Source of the DNA: a virus
Taxonomy: Duplodnaviria; Heunggongvirae; Uroviricota; Caudoviricetes
Direction: 5' to 3' (one strand)
Virus record (IMG/VR): IMGVR_UViG_2529292735_000017
DNA: 46,878 bases
This document shows, piece by piece, positions 17,338-27,823 of this stretch. The notes under the pieces were generated by a model. It was not told the origin of the DNA. It saw only the letters and a list, made by a program, of their open reading frames with translations, and made no database searches. The translations under genes and the position numbers were made by a program. The first letter of the stretch is position 1. Each line of letters opens with the position of its first letter.

Positions 17338-18235
17338 CGCACGCGCCCTTATTGCCCGGGGATGGGGAGTAAGCTTAGTCAGCCGTTGTCTCCGGGTGTC
17401 GCGTGCGCAGTTGCACGTAATTCTCAGACGAACCGATGACTGGAAAGATGGTCGCCGCAGCCGTCACTCAGATGATACGGATGTGCTTCTCCGTATACAC
17501 CATGTTATCGGAGAGCTGCCCACGTATGGTTATCGTCGGGTATGGGCGCTGCTTCGCAGACAGGCCGAACTTGATGGTATGCCTGCGATCAATGCCAAAC
17601 GTGTTTACCGGATCATGCGCCAGAATGCGCTGTTGCTTGAGCGAAAAACCGCTGTACCGCCATCGAAACGGGCACATACTGGCAAAGTGGCCGTGAAAGA
17701 AAGCAATCAACGATGGTGCTCTGACGGGTTCGAGTTCCGCTGTGATAACGGAGAAAAACTGCGAGTCACGTTCGCGCTGGACTGCTGTGACCGTGAGGCA
17801 CTGCACTGGGCAGTCACTACGGGCGGCTTCGACAGTGAAACAGTACAGGACGTAATGCTGGGAGCGGTGGAACGCCGCTTCGGCAACGAGCTTCCGGCGT
17901 CTCCAGTAGAGTGGCTGACGGATAATGGTTCATGCTACCGGGCTAATGAAACACGGCAGTTTGCCCGGATGTTGGGGCTTGAACCGAAGAACACGGCGGT
18001 GCGGAGTCCGGAGAGTAACGGCATAGCAGAGAGCTTCGTGAAAACGATAAAGCGTGACTACATCAGTATCATGCCTAAACCAGACGGGTTAACGGCAGCA
18101 AAGAACCTTGCAGAGGCGTTCGAGCATTATAACGAATGGCATCCGCATAGTGCACTGGGTTATCGCTCGCCACGGGAATATCTGCGGCAGCAGGCCAGTA
18201 ATGGGTTAAGTGATAACAGGTGTCTGGAAATATAG
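17330..18235 (+). CDS. insD: IS2 transposase OrfB (InsD; DDE catalytic domain)
   Basis: 301-aa [26 protein letters not shown]… typical IS3-family OrfB. Confidence 0.85.
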
Positions 18236-18286
18236 GGGCAAATCCACATAATAACTATGCCATCCGTTCCGTGCGGAGGTGAGGCT

Positions 18287-18502
18287 ATGAAATCCATGGA
18301 CAAAATTTCAACAGGCATTGCCTACGGCACCTCCGCAGGCAGTGCTGGCTACTGGTTTTTACAGCTGCTCGATAAAGTCACGCCCTCACAGTGGGCAGCA
18401 ATAGGTGTGCTGGGTAGCCTGGTATTTGGCCTGCTGACGTACCTGACAAATCTTTATTTCAAGATTAAAGAAGACAGGCGTAAGGCTGCGAGAGGAGAGT
18501 AA
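18287..18502 (+). CDS. S: Class II holin (phage 21 S-like pinholin) with dual start
   Basis: [71 protein letters not shown]; Met1-Lys-Ser-Met4 dual-start motif; two transmembrane segments. Confidence 0.85.
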   Translation: MKSMDKISTGIAYGTSAGSAGYWFLQLLDKVTPSQWAAIGVLGSLVFGLLTYLTNLYFKIKEDRRKAARGE

Positions 18503-18570
18503 TCCAATGACTCAATACTATGAACTGGTTGTGAAAGGAGGTAAGCGTCAACGGAGCACCGTATTGACGC

Positions 18571-18930
18571 TTATTTATTGGTGAGTACTACGTTCCATGG
18601 CAGGAGTTCGTCAACACGGTTGGAGGGCCATTCCGGCAGTACGCTCAGAATATGGCGCAGATACGCTTCCGGATCGATACCGTTCAGTCGGCAGGTGCCG
18701 ATCAGCCCGTACAGCAGTGCTCCACGCTCGCCGCCGTGATCGCTACCGAAGAACACGTAATTTTTCTTTCCGAGACAGACTGCACGAAGCGCTCTTTCCG
18801 CTGTGTTATTGTCCACCTCCGCCAGACCGTCATCACTGTAATAACAGAGGGCGTCCCACTGATTCAGTACATAGCTGAACGCTTCGCCCAGTCTGGATTT
18901 TTTCGACAGCGTGCCATTCTTCTCCACCAT
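18571..18930 (-). pseudogene. IS66 TnpC C-terminal fragment
   Basis: …DNNTAERALRAVCLGKKNYVFFGSDHGGERGALLYGLIGTCRLNGIDPEAYLRHIL… conserved IS66 transposase C-terminus; N-terminal three quarters absent. Confidence 0.75.
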
Positions 18931-18947
18931 CCATTCATGCAGCGACG

Positions 18948-19193
18948 TCAGTAACGCTTTGCTTCGCTGCTGCCTGGCTGCAAGACGCTCTGACTCTGGT
19001 AATCTCCGTATTTCATTCTCGATGGCGTACAGTTCACTTCTCCCCGTCGGCCACGGAAGATAAACAGGTGACCGGAGAAGGGGTTATCATCCAGCACATG
19101 CTGTATCTGCTCCCCCAGACCGTTGAAGGATTTACGCATATCAGTAACGCCGGCAACGAGCCAGATACGGGTACCTGATGGGAGTGAAATCAT
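18948..19193 (-). pseudogene. IS66 orf2 (TnpB) truncated
   Basis: MISLPSGTRIWLVAGVTDMRKSFNGLGEQIQHVLDDNPFSGHLFIFRGRRG then unrelated sequence, marking the deletion junction. Confidence 0.7.
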
Positions 19194-19627
19194 CGTCCCC
19201 TCCCGGTCAGCTCACGGATCAACACCGTGAGCAGCTCTGGTGAAGGATTTTCCAGCATCATTTTACCGTAATGGAATTCCACATGGCAGGAAGCTGCACA
19301 AGCAACTGATAATGCCTCCGGAGCAGGAGCATCTGTAGCACAGCGCGGGGGGTCGATAAGTTCCACTGGAACCAGAGTCGGAGAGGCCGGAAAAGATTGT
19401 GATACTGTAGGGCCTACAATAGTTGGAGGCATTCTACGAGAAATACGTCCTTCTCTTTGCCAGAGGCGTAGCCATTTAAAAATCAGGTTGTTATCAACGC
19501 CATGTTCCCGGGCCAGTTGTGCAACATTGGCATTTGGTTTCGAAGCCAGTTCAACCATATGAAGTTTAAATTCATTAGAAAATATCCGGCGGGTTCCGGA
19601 GCGCCAGTCTGTAGGTTTATCCATCAA
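19190..19627 (-). CDS. IS66-family orf1 (TnpA accessory protein)
   Basis: 145-aa ORF with HTH-like N-terminus, first gene of the IS66 operon. Confidence 0.75.
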   Translation of the reverse strand: MMDKPTDWRSGTRRIFSNEFKLHMVELASKPNANVAQLAREHGVDNNLIFKWLRLWQREGRISRRMPPTIVGPTVSQSFPASPTLVPVELIDPPRCATDAPAPEALSVACAASCHVEFHYGKMMLENPSPELLTVLIRELTGRGR

Positions 19628-19991
19628 TAGAACTCCGTCTAATTTAGAAGGAGCTCTAATTTAGTCTGCAAGGAGCAGGTGTTACAGACGGCATTGGCTT
19701 TACGCTTACGAAAGGAGTCCGTAATTTTGAGAATAAAGTTACGGTAACTGTAGCCTTACAGGACAAAGAACGCTTTGACGGTGAAATTTTTGGCCTGGAT
19801 GTCGCCATGGACCGTGTTGAAGGAGCTGCGCTGGAGTTTTATGAGGCAGCAGCCAGAATGAGCGTCCGGCAAGTCTTCCTGGAAGTAGCAGAAAAATTGT
19901 CAGAAAAAGTTGAGTCTTATCTGCAGCATCAGTACTCCTTTAAGATTGAAAATCCTGCCAATAAGCACGAGCGTCCTCATCATAAATATCT

Positions 19992-21019
<1,028 letters not shown>

Positions 21020-21382
21020 ATTAATATTAAATCGGATTATTTTTAGCGCTGAATGTGAAATTTAAATAAAAAGGACTCTTCCATGAGTCAAAATCCTTGA
21101 AATCTTAAGGGTAAGATAAAAGGTCATTAGACAGAATGACACGTTTTATTAATAAATAAAGCTATTGTTTCATTCGTGTGTTTTTCTTTACAAAAGTAAT
21201 CCTTGCTATGGTTGGTTAATCATGCGTTAATGGTGTTCTGGTTTGTTACAAAATTATCTGAAGCAGTCATTGTTATAATTTTATTATTTGTACCTCTTGA
21301 GATTTCCTTGTTGGTTTTTCTCTCTGATATTTTTTTTCGGACCATTCTGCCCAAGGGCTAACTTCTTCAAAAGGTAATAATG

Positions 21383-21595
21383 ATGTCTAACAAAATGACT
21401 GGTTTAGTGAAATGGTTTAACCCTGAAAAAGGTTTTGGTTTCATCACGCCGAAAGATGGTAGCAAAGATGTGTTTGTGCATTTCTCAGCTATTCAGAGCA
21501 ACGATTTCAAAACGTTAACTGAGAATCAGGAAGTCGAATTTGGTATTGAGAACGGACCTAAAGGCCCTGCAGCTGTTCATGTAGTGGCACTTTGA
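21383..21595 (+). CDS. Cold-shock protein (CspA family)
   Basis: 70 aa [38 protein letters not shown]… with RNP1/RNP2 motifs; long AT-rich 5' leader. Confidence 0.85.
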   Translation: MSNKMTGLVKWFNPEKGFGFITPKDGSKDVFVHFSAIQSNDFKTLTENQEVEFGIENGPKGPAAVHVVAL

Positions 21596-21800
21596 GGTAG
21601 AAAATATTACAAACCATATTCACTTTAGATGCCCGTGTTGCCATGGTTCTCAGTATAGAACATCATCTTTTGATGTTTCTGACAGAAATCCTTTCGGGGC
21701 AAAATGTATCTTTTGTAAATCAATGATGATTACATTTGATAATATTTCACAATACTTAAATGTTAGCCATCTGTCGTTAGATTTAAGAAAGTGAAAATGA

Positions 21801-21823
21801 AGGCTCCTTCGGGAGCTTTTTTG
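21801..21823 (+). terminator. Putative intrinsic terminator
   Basis: GGCTCC-TTCG-GGAGC stem-loop followed by TTTTTT. Confidence 0.4.
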
Positions 21824-21940
21824 CTTAGTGTCTAGTCGATGGATACTCACATATTACGGTAACATTATGAAAAAATAATAGTTTTTTTTAACTCTGAACC
21901 AGCAATGGTAGTGCCAGTGATGACCGGAGTTAACACCATC

Positions 21941-22096
21941 ATGCGTGAATATCCAAATGGCGAAACAACACACCTCACTGTAATGGCTGCAGGGTTTCCA
22001 TCTCTGACCGGAGATCATAAAGTCATTTATGTAGCAGCGGATCGACATGTAACTTCAGAAGAAATTCTGGAAGCAGCAATGAGACTCTTGAATTGA
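21941..22096 (+). CDS. ynfN: YnfN-like small protein
   Basis: 51 aa from internal Met (MREYPNGETTHLTVMAAGFPSLTGDHKVIYVAADRH…); position between csp and gns as in Qin; from memory. Confidence 0.5.
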   Translation: MREYPNGETTHLTVMAAGFPSLTGDHKVIYVAADRHVTSEEILEAAMRLLN

Positions 22097-22265
22097 TTTG
22101 ATTCTAATGCATTGATAATAAATGATAATCATCTTTATCTGTTTGTGTGAAATTTAGACCGTCGTATGTTGATTATTGCGATGTTTCATCTTATCTTTTA
22201 TACGTTTGCTCCATATAATTGACACTACTGTGTACCAGGACAGTCATAACAGACTAAAAGAGGAA

Positions 22266-22442
22266 ATGATGAACATTGAAGAGTTAAAAACAAAAACAGA
22301 AGCAGATATTTCTGAATATATAACAAAAAAAATCATTGAGCTTAAGAAAAAGACCGGGAAAGAAGTTACCAGTATCCAGTTTACTGCACGGGAAAAAATG
22401 ACTGGTCTTGAAAGCTATGATATCAAGATTGATTTAATCTAG
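22266..22442 (+). CDS. gnsB: GnsA/GnsB-family small protein
   Basis: MMNIEELKTKTEADISEYITKKIIELKKKTGKEVTSIQFTAREKMTGLESYDIKIDLI resembles remembered GnsB. Confidence 0.7.
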   Translation: MMNIEELKTKTEADISEYITKKIIELKKKTGKEVTSIQFTAREKMTGLESYDIKIDLI

Positions 22443-22737
22443 CATGTTTATAGTATTAGCATCAATTTCTCATCAGATGCTATTCAACAATACAAATTAC
22501 CCATAAACCTCGTTTTTACGGGGTTTTGTTATATTTAAACATTACTGAATAGATATAAATCTCGATTGTCGATGGTATTGGTTGTGTGACAATACCTAGT
22601 CTTTCCGGTATGCCTGAAGAGAATACAAACGACAGATTATGTAAGGGAAACGCGCTGAAACTTTCACTCTTTCATGCTGAGTGATTTGACGTTATATTTT
22701 TAGCCGCAAGTGAAGAGCAAACGAATGGAGCGACAAA

Positions 22738-22944
22738 ATGCATAAAGATCAATACACTGATGCCCCCTCCCAGGAGCAGGTTCGTGTAAAAACTATGCTT
22801 AATAGCACCATTTCGATGGGTTACCCGGATGTTGTAATTGCATGTATAGAACATCAAGTATCTCTGGAAGCATTCAGGGCAATTGAGGCCGCGTTAGTAA
22901 AGCACGATAAGAATACGAAGGATTATTCCCTGGTGGTTGACTGA
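22738..22944 (+). CDS. Hypothetical small protein
   Basis: 68-aa ORF in AT-rich cargo region; no motif recognised. Confidence 0.4.
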   Translation: MHKDQYTDAPSQEQVRVKTMLNSTISMGYPDVVIACIEHQVSLEAFRAIEAALVKHDKNTKDYSLVVD

Positions 22945-23299
22945 TCACCATAACTGCTAACCATTCTGACCATTTCACAAGTGACAGAGTCAATATCGTA
23001 TTCTGTCACTGTAAGGCTAATACAGTACTGCAATTCAACTACAGCAATGCCTCGTATTTAGGTGAATTTACAATATCGTCCAGTTCGGATGCCGGCTGCA
23101 TTTCTGAAGATAAGGCATTTCGGTTCGCGTATTTTCCCCTCATGCTCGTCAGTCCTGCGCGTAGTAAGAAACAGGACACTCACACTAATTTGTGTGGGCA
23201 TGCTGTGATGTCCTTCTGAATTATCCCCATGCCATTATGTAACGCTCTGTTTCAGATGCTCGTCACGGTTGTCAGGCTGTCGGGTCCTCCCAGTGGGGG

Positions 23300-23340
23300 T
23301 CCCTGCCACGGGGCGGGAGCGTCGCGGAAAAAGGCTAGTT
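23300..23340. other. Putative cos site (cosN-like)
   Basis: ACGGGGCGGGAGCGTCGCGGA resembles lambda cosN (ACGGGGCGGCGACCTCGCGGG); 186 bp upstream of the small terminase start, as in lambda; followed by AT-rich region with palindrome CTGTAAT-n-ATTACAG. Confidence 0.45.
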
Positions 23341-23496
23341 TTTGAAATTTCATCCGTCATCACCACTACTGTAATAGATTGATATTACAGTATTTTTATT
23401 TTTGTGGTGTCGATTTTGATTGTTTTTTGTTCATCACTAACACCGTTTGCCTAAAGTCGTTCGCAAGATGCATGTTTAAAACATTCTGGAGCGGGT

Positions 23497-23991
23497 ATGG
23501 ATCGAGAGTTAAAAAATCTGACGCTGAATATCAGTCAATTGGCGGCACTGTCAGGTGTACATCGCCAGACTGCTGCGGCAAGGCTGCAAAATCTACCCGT
23601 TGCAGGGGGGCATGAAAGCAACCTCAAGCTTTATCGGGTGGTTGATATTGTGTCGGCATTTCTGGCATTACCACCGCCGGTTGCAGAAGGCGAAATGGAC
23701 GCACATGAGCGCAAAGCCTGGTATCAGTCTGAACGTGAGCGTCTTAAGTTCGAACAGGAAACGGCACAACTCATTCCGGCCAGTGATGTCAGACGGGAGT
23801 TTGCCATCTGGGCAAAAGCGGTCGTGCAGGTGCTGGAGACATTACCGGATATTCTTGAACGTGACTGCGGTCTGCAGCCTGCCGCTGTGAGCCGTGTTCA
23901 GTCCATTATTGATGATCTGCGCGATCAGGTAGCCCTGCGGGTGACTGAAGCAGGTGCGGATGATGAGGAGGAATTACAGCAGGAGGAGTAA
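23497..23991 (+). CDS. Terminase small subunit (Nu1-like)
   Basis: 164 aa with N-terminal winged-HTH-like segment (…LNISQLAALSGVHRQTAAARLQ…) and acidic C-terminus; directly upstream of large terminase. Confidence 0.75.
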   Translation: MDRELKNLTLNISQLAALSGVHRQTAAARLQNLPVAGGHESNLKLYRVVDIVSAFLALPPPVAEGEMDAHERKAWYQSERERLKFEQETAQLIPASDVRREFAIWAKAVVQVLETLPDILERDCGLQPAAVSRVQSIIDDLRDQVALRVTEAGADDEEELQQEE

Positions 23992-26093
23992 TGCTGAATC
24001 AGGAAACCGCAAAGGCAGCACGAACCGATTCAGGTTATATCCTTCGCGCACCGAGACGAATGCGGGTTGCTGATGCCGTTGCTCAGTATATGCGGGTGCC
24101 CATGGGGGCAGGGAACTCAGTCCCATGGGATCCGCTGGTGGCACCGTATGTTATTGAGCCTATGAACTGCCTGGCCTCGCGTGAATACGACGCAGTGATA
24201 TTTGTTGGCCCGGCACGAACCGGCAAGACTATCGGCCTGATTGACGGCTGGGTGATTTACAACGTGATTTGCGATCCTGCTGATATGCTGATCATTCAGA
24301 TGACGGAGGAAAAAGCCCGCGAACACTCCAAAAAACGACTCGCCAGAACGTTTCGCGTCAGCCCGGAAGTGGTCAGTCGCCTGAGTCCGAACAAAAATGA
24401 CAACAACGTTTATGACAGAACATTCCTTGCTGGCAACTACCTGAAAATCGGCTGGCCGTCAGTCAATATCATGTCTTCATCAGATTATAAATGCGTGGCG
24501 CTGACGGATTATGACCGTTTTCCGGAAGATATTGATGGTGAGGGGGATGCCTTCTCTCTTGCCTCAAAACGTACCACCACATTTATGTCCAGTGGTATGA
24601 CGCTGGTGGAGAGTTCCCCCGGCAGGGATGTGAAGGATGTGAAATGGCGACGGACTTCACCGCATGAGGCTCCACCAACCACGGGGATCCTGTCGCTCTA
24701 TAACCGTGGCGATCGCCGTCGCTGGTACTGGCCCTGTCCACACTGTGGTGAGTATTTTCAGCCCTGCGGCGATGTGGTTGCTGGTTTCCGTGATATTGCC
24801 GATCCTGTGCTGGCAAGTGAGGCGGCTTATATTCAGTGTCCTTCCTGTTCAGGACGGATTTTGCCTGAACAAAAACGCGAGCTGAACGGACGTGGGGTCT
24901 GGTTACGGGATGGTGAATCCATCAATGCAGATGGCAGTCGTTATGGTGATCCCCGGCGTTCACGTATTGCGTCATTCTGGATGGAGGGTCCGGCAGCTGC
25001 TTATCAGACACTCTCGCAACTCGTTTACAAACTGCTTACTGCAGAACAGGAATACGAGACAACCGGAAGTGAAGAGACACTCAAGACGGTTATCAATACC
25101 GACTGGGGATTACCTTATCTTCCCCGCGCCAGCATGGAGCAACGAAAAAGTGAATTGCTTGAGCAGCGGGCAGAGCCAGTTCCTTCCCGCAGTGTGCCGG
25201 ATGGCGTTAATTTCCTTGTGGCGACAGTGGATGTGCAGGCGGGACGTCATCGCCGTTTTGTGGTTCAGGTAACGGGCTATGGCAGCCGTGGCGAACGCTG
25301 GATTATTGATCGTTACAACATCACGCAGTCATTGCGCGGTGACAGCGACGGGGAGAGCCAGCGAATTGATCCGGCCAGCTATCCGGAAGACTGGGATGTC
25401 CTGCTGACGGATGTTTTTCATAAAAGCTGGCCGCTGGCCTCCGACCCTTCTCAACAAATGCGACTGATGGCAATGGCGGTGGACTCCGGCGGTGAAGACG
25501 GGGTCACTGATAATGCCTATAAATTCTGGCGTCGTTGCCGTCGTGATGGCCTTGGTAAACGTATTTACCTGTTTAAGGGCGACAGCATCCGGCGAGCAAA
25601 ACTGATCACCCGTACATTCCCTGATAACACCGGACGAACGGGCCGACGGGCGCAGGCCGCAGGTGATGTGCCGCTCTGGCTTCTTCAGACGGATGCCCTG
25701 AAAGACCGGGTGAATAACGCGTTATGGCGTGACTCGCTAGGTCCCGGCTATGTGCATTTCCCTGACTGGCTGGGGAGCTGGTTTTACGACGAACTGACGT
25801 ATGAAGAGCGGAGCAGTGACGGGAAATGGAGTAAGCCGGGTCGCGGTGCCAACGAAGCTTTTGACCTGATGGTGTATGCCGAGGCTCTGGTCATTCTGCA
25901 TGGATACGAAAAGATCCGCTGGCCGGATGCACCGGAGTGGGCGAGCCGGGAAACCTGGCTGGAGTGTGTCCCGGACAGTACCGAACCGTCACCCTCACCG
26001 GAACCGGTACCCACGCCTGTTAAAAAACAAAAACGGAAGAAAACAGTAACTGACGATGTTAACCCCTGGCTGACTTCCGGAGGATGGTTATGA
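23991..26093 (+). CDS. Terminase large subunit (gpA-like)
   Basis: 700 aa; Walker A-like VGPARTGKT; cysteine cluster CPHCGEYF…CPSCSG; typical size and position. Confidence 0.9.
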   Translation: MLNQETAKAARTDSGYILRAPRRMRVADAVAQYMRVPMGAGNSVPWDPLVAPYVIEPMNCLASREYDAVIFVGPARTGKTIGLIDGWVIYNVICDPADMLIIQMTEEKAREHSKKRLARTFRVSPEVVSRLSPNKNDNNVYDRTFLAGNYLKIGWPSVNIMSSSDYKCVALTDYDRFPEDIDGEGDAFSLASKRTTTFMSSGMTLVESSPGRDVKDVKWRRTSPHEAPPTTGILSLYNRGDRRRWYWPCPHCGEYFQPCGDVVAGFRDIADPVLASEAAYIQCPSCSGRILPEQKRELNGRGVWLRDGESINADGSRYGDPRRSRIASFWMEGPAAAYQTLSQLVYKLLTAEQEYETTGSEETLKTVINTDWGLPYLPRASMEQRKSELLEQRAEPVPSRSVPDGVNFLVATVDVQAGRHRRFVVQVTGYGSRGERWIIDRYNITQSLRGDSDGESQRIDPASYPEDWDVLLTDVFHKSWPLASDPSQQMRLMAMAVDSGGEDGVTDNAYKFWRRCRRDGLGKRIYLFKGDSIRRAKLITRTFPDNTGRTGRRAQAAGDVPLWLLQTDALKDRVNNALWRDSLGPGYVHFPDWLGSWFYDELTYEERSSDGKWSKPGRGANEAFDLMVYAEALVILHGYEKIRWPDAPEWASRETWLECVPDSTEPSPSPEPVPTPVKKQKRKKTVTDDVNPWLTSGGWL

Positions 26094-26302
26094 ATCAGAA
26101 TGATATTGAAGCCATGATTCAGCGTTATACGGAAGCTGAAATGGCGGTGCTGGACGGAAAATCCGTCACTTTTAATGGTCAGCAGATGACCATGGAAAAC
26201 TTATCTGAGATCCGGCAGGGGCGGCAGGAGTGGGAGCGCCGCCTTGCGGCTCTGATTACACGACGACGGGGGCATCCCGGGTACCGGCTGGCGAGGTTCT
26301 GA
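26090..26302 (+). CDS. Head-tail joining protein (gpW-like)
   Basis: About 70 aa; ATGA overlap with terminase stop; position between terminase and portal. Confidence 0.55.
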   Translation: MNQNDIEAMIQRYTEAEMAVLDGKSVTFNGQQMTMENLSEIRQGRQEWERRLAALITRRRGHPGYRLARF

Positions 26303-27810
26303 TGGCAATTCTTGATGATGTGATTGGCGTTTTTTCACCAGGATGGAAAGCGGCAAGGCTGCGTTCCCGTGCGGTGATCCAGGCTTATGAGGCCGTAAAA
26401 ACGACGCGGACACACAAAGCCCGACGGGAGAACCGAACTGCCGACCAGTTAAGCCAGTACGGGGCCGTGTCGTTACGTGAGCAGGCTCGTTACCTTGATA
26501 ACAACCACGATCTGGTCATTGGTGTATTTGACAAGCTGGAAGAACGGGTGGTGGGGAAAAACGGGATTATTGTCGAGCCACATCCGGTATTACGCAATGG
26601 GGCCATTGCCCGTGATCTGGCAGCGGAGATACGTACCCGATGGAGTGAATGGTCTGTCAGTCCGGAGGTCACCGGGCAGTTTACCCGTCCGATGCTGGAA
26701 CGTCTGATGCTGCGTACCTGGCTGCGCGATGGTGAGGTGTTTGCCCAGATGGTTTCCGGGCGCATAAACAGCCTGACGCCTTCTGCCGGTGTTCATTTCT
26801 GGCTGGAGGCGCTCGAGCCGGACTTTATTCCCATGACCAGTGATGAGAGCAACAGGCTGAATCAGGGCGTGTTTGTTGATGACTGGGGGCGTCCCGAAAA
26901 ATATCTGGTGTATAAAAGCCGTCCCGTATCCGGGCGGCAGATGGAAACCAAAGAAGTGGATGCAGAGCGAATGCTGCATCTTAAATTTGTTCGCCGTCTG
27001 CACCAGATGCGCGGGACGTCTTTGTTGTCCGGTGTGCTGATCCGCCTCAGTGCTCTGAAAGAGTATGAAGATTCTGAGCTGACTGCAGCAAGGATCGCCG
27101 CTGCTCTGGGGATGTACATCCGGAAAGGCGACGGACAGAGCTATGAAACGGATGGTAATGACAGCAAGGAGAATGAACGCGAGCTTACCATTCAGCCAGG
27201 CATTATTTACGACGATCTGAAACCCGGCGAAGAAATCGGAATGGTGAAGTCGGATCGCCCCAATCCTAACCTTGAAACTTTTCGTAATGGTCAGTTGCGT
27301 GCCGTGGCTGCGGGCAGTCGTCTGAGTTTTTCCAGTACAGCGCGCAACTATAACGGCACTTACAGCGCCCAGCGTCAGGAGCTGGTTGAATCTACTGATG
27401 GCTACCTGATCCTGCAGGACTGGTTTATTGGTGCCGTCACCCGCCCGATGTACCGTGCCTGGCTGAAACAGGCTGTGGTATCCGGTGTTATCAGGCTACC
27501 CCGCGATCTGGACCGATCTTCACTGTATACCGCGGTGTATTCCGGACCGGTGATGCCGTGGATTGACCCTGTTAAGGAGGCTGAGGCCTGGAAAATTCAG
27601 ATTCGTGGTGGAGCGGCGACAGAATCAGACTGGGTACGTGCAGGTGGTCGTAATCCAGATGATGTCAAACGTCGGCGCAAGGCCGAAATTGATGAAAACC
27701 GCAAGCTGGATCTGGTATTTGATACCGATCCGGCCAGTGATAAAGGAGGCAGCAGTGCCGCAACGAAACGACAGGAGCCGCAGCACACCGACGACCAGTC
27801 CGAAGAATAA
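26302..27810 (+). CDS. Portal protein (gpB-like)
   Basis: About 500 aa from Met at 26302; position and size; acidic C-terminus. Confidence 0.85.
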   Translation: MAILDDVIGVFSPGWKAARLRSRAVIQAYEAVKTTRTHKARRENRTADQLSQYGAVSLREQARYLDNNHDLVIGVFDKLEERVVGKNGIIVEPHPVLRNGAIARDLAAEIRTRWSEWSVSPEVTGQFTRPMLERLMLRTWLRDGEVFAQMVSGRINSLTPSAGVHFWLEALEPDFIPMTSDESNRLNQGVFVDDWGRPEKYLVYKSRPVSGRQMETKEVDAERMLHLKFVRRLHQMRGTSLLSGVLIRLSALKEYEDSELTAARIAAALGMYIRKGDGQSYETDGNDSKENERELTIQPGIIYDDLKPGEEIGMVKSDRPNPNLETFRNGQLRAVAAGSRLSFSSTARNYNGTYSAQRQELVESTDGYLILQDWFIGAVTRPMYRAWLKQAVVSGVIRLPRDLDRSSLYTAVYSGPVMPWIDPVKEAEAWKIQIRGGAATESDWVRAGGRNPDDVKRRRKAEIDENRKLDLVFDTDPASDKGGSSAATKRQEPQHTDDQSEE

Positions 27811-27823
27811 TTCTTGGTTCAGG

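Larger units (their letters stand above)
16917..18246 (+). mobile_element. IS2 (IS3 family) insertion with 5-bp target-site duplication CATAA
   Basis: Left end TAGACTGGCCCCCTGAATCTCCAGACAACC… and right end …TGGAAATATAGGGGCAAATCCA; direct repeats CATAA at 16912-16916 and 18247-18251; 1330 bp. Confidence 0.9.
18541..19709 (-). mobile_element. IS66-family element remnant (internally deleted) with 8-bp target-site duplication GAAAGGAG
   Basis: Terminal GTAAGCG… inverted repeats at both ends; direct repeats GAAAGGAG at 18533-18540 and 19710-19717; orf1 intact, orf2 truncated, tnpC only as a C-terminal fragment. Confidence 0.8.

Noticed and set aside
27563-27823. Upstream extension of the protease ORF overlapping the portal gene
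   Set aside because: The extension lies entirely within the portal coding region in another frame. The ATG at 27824, just after the portal stop, is the plausible start.
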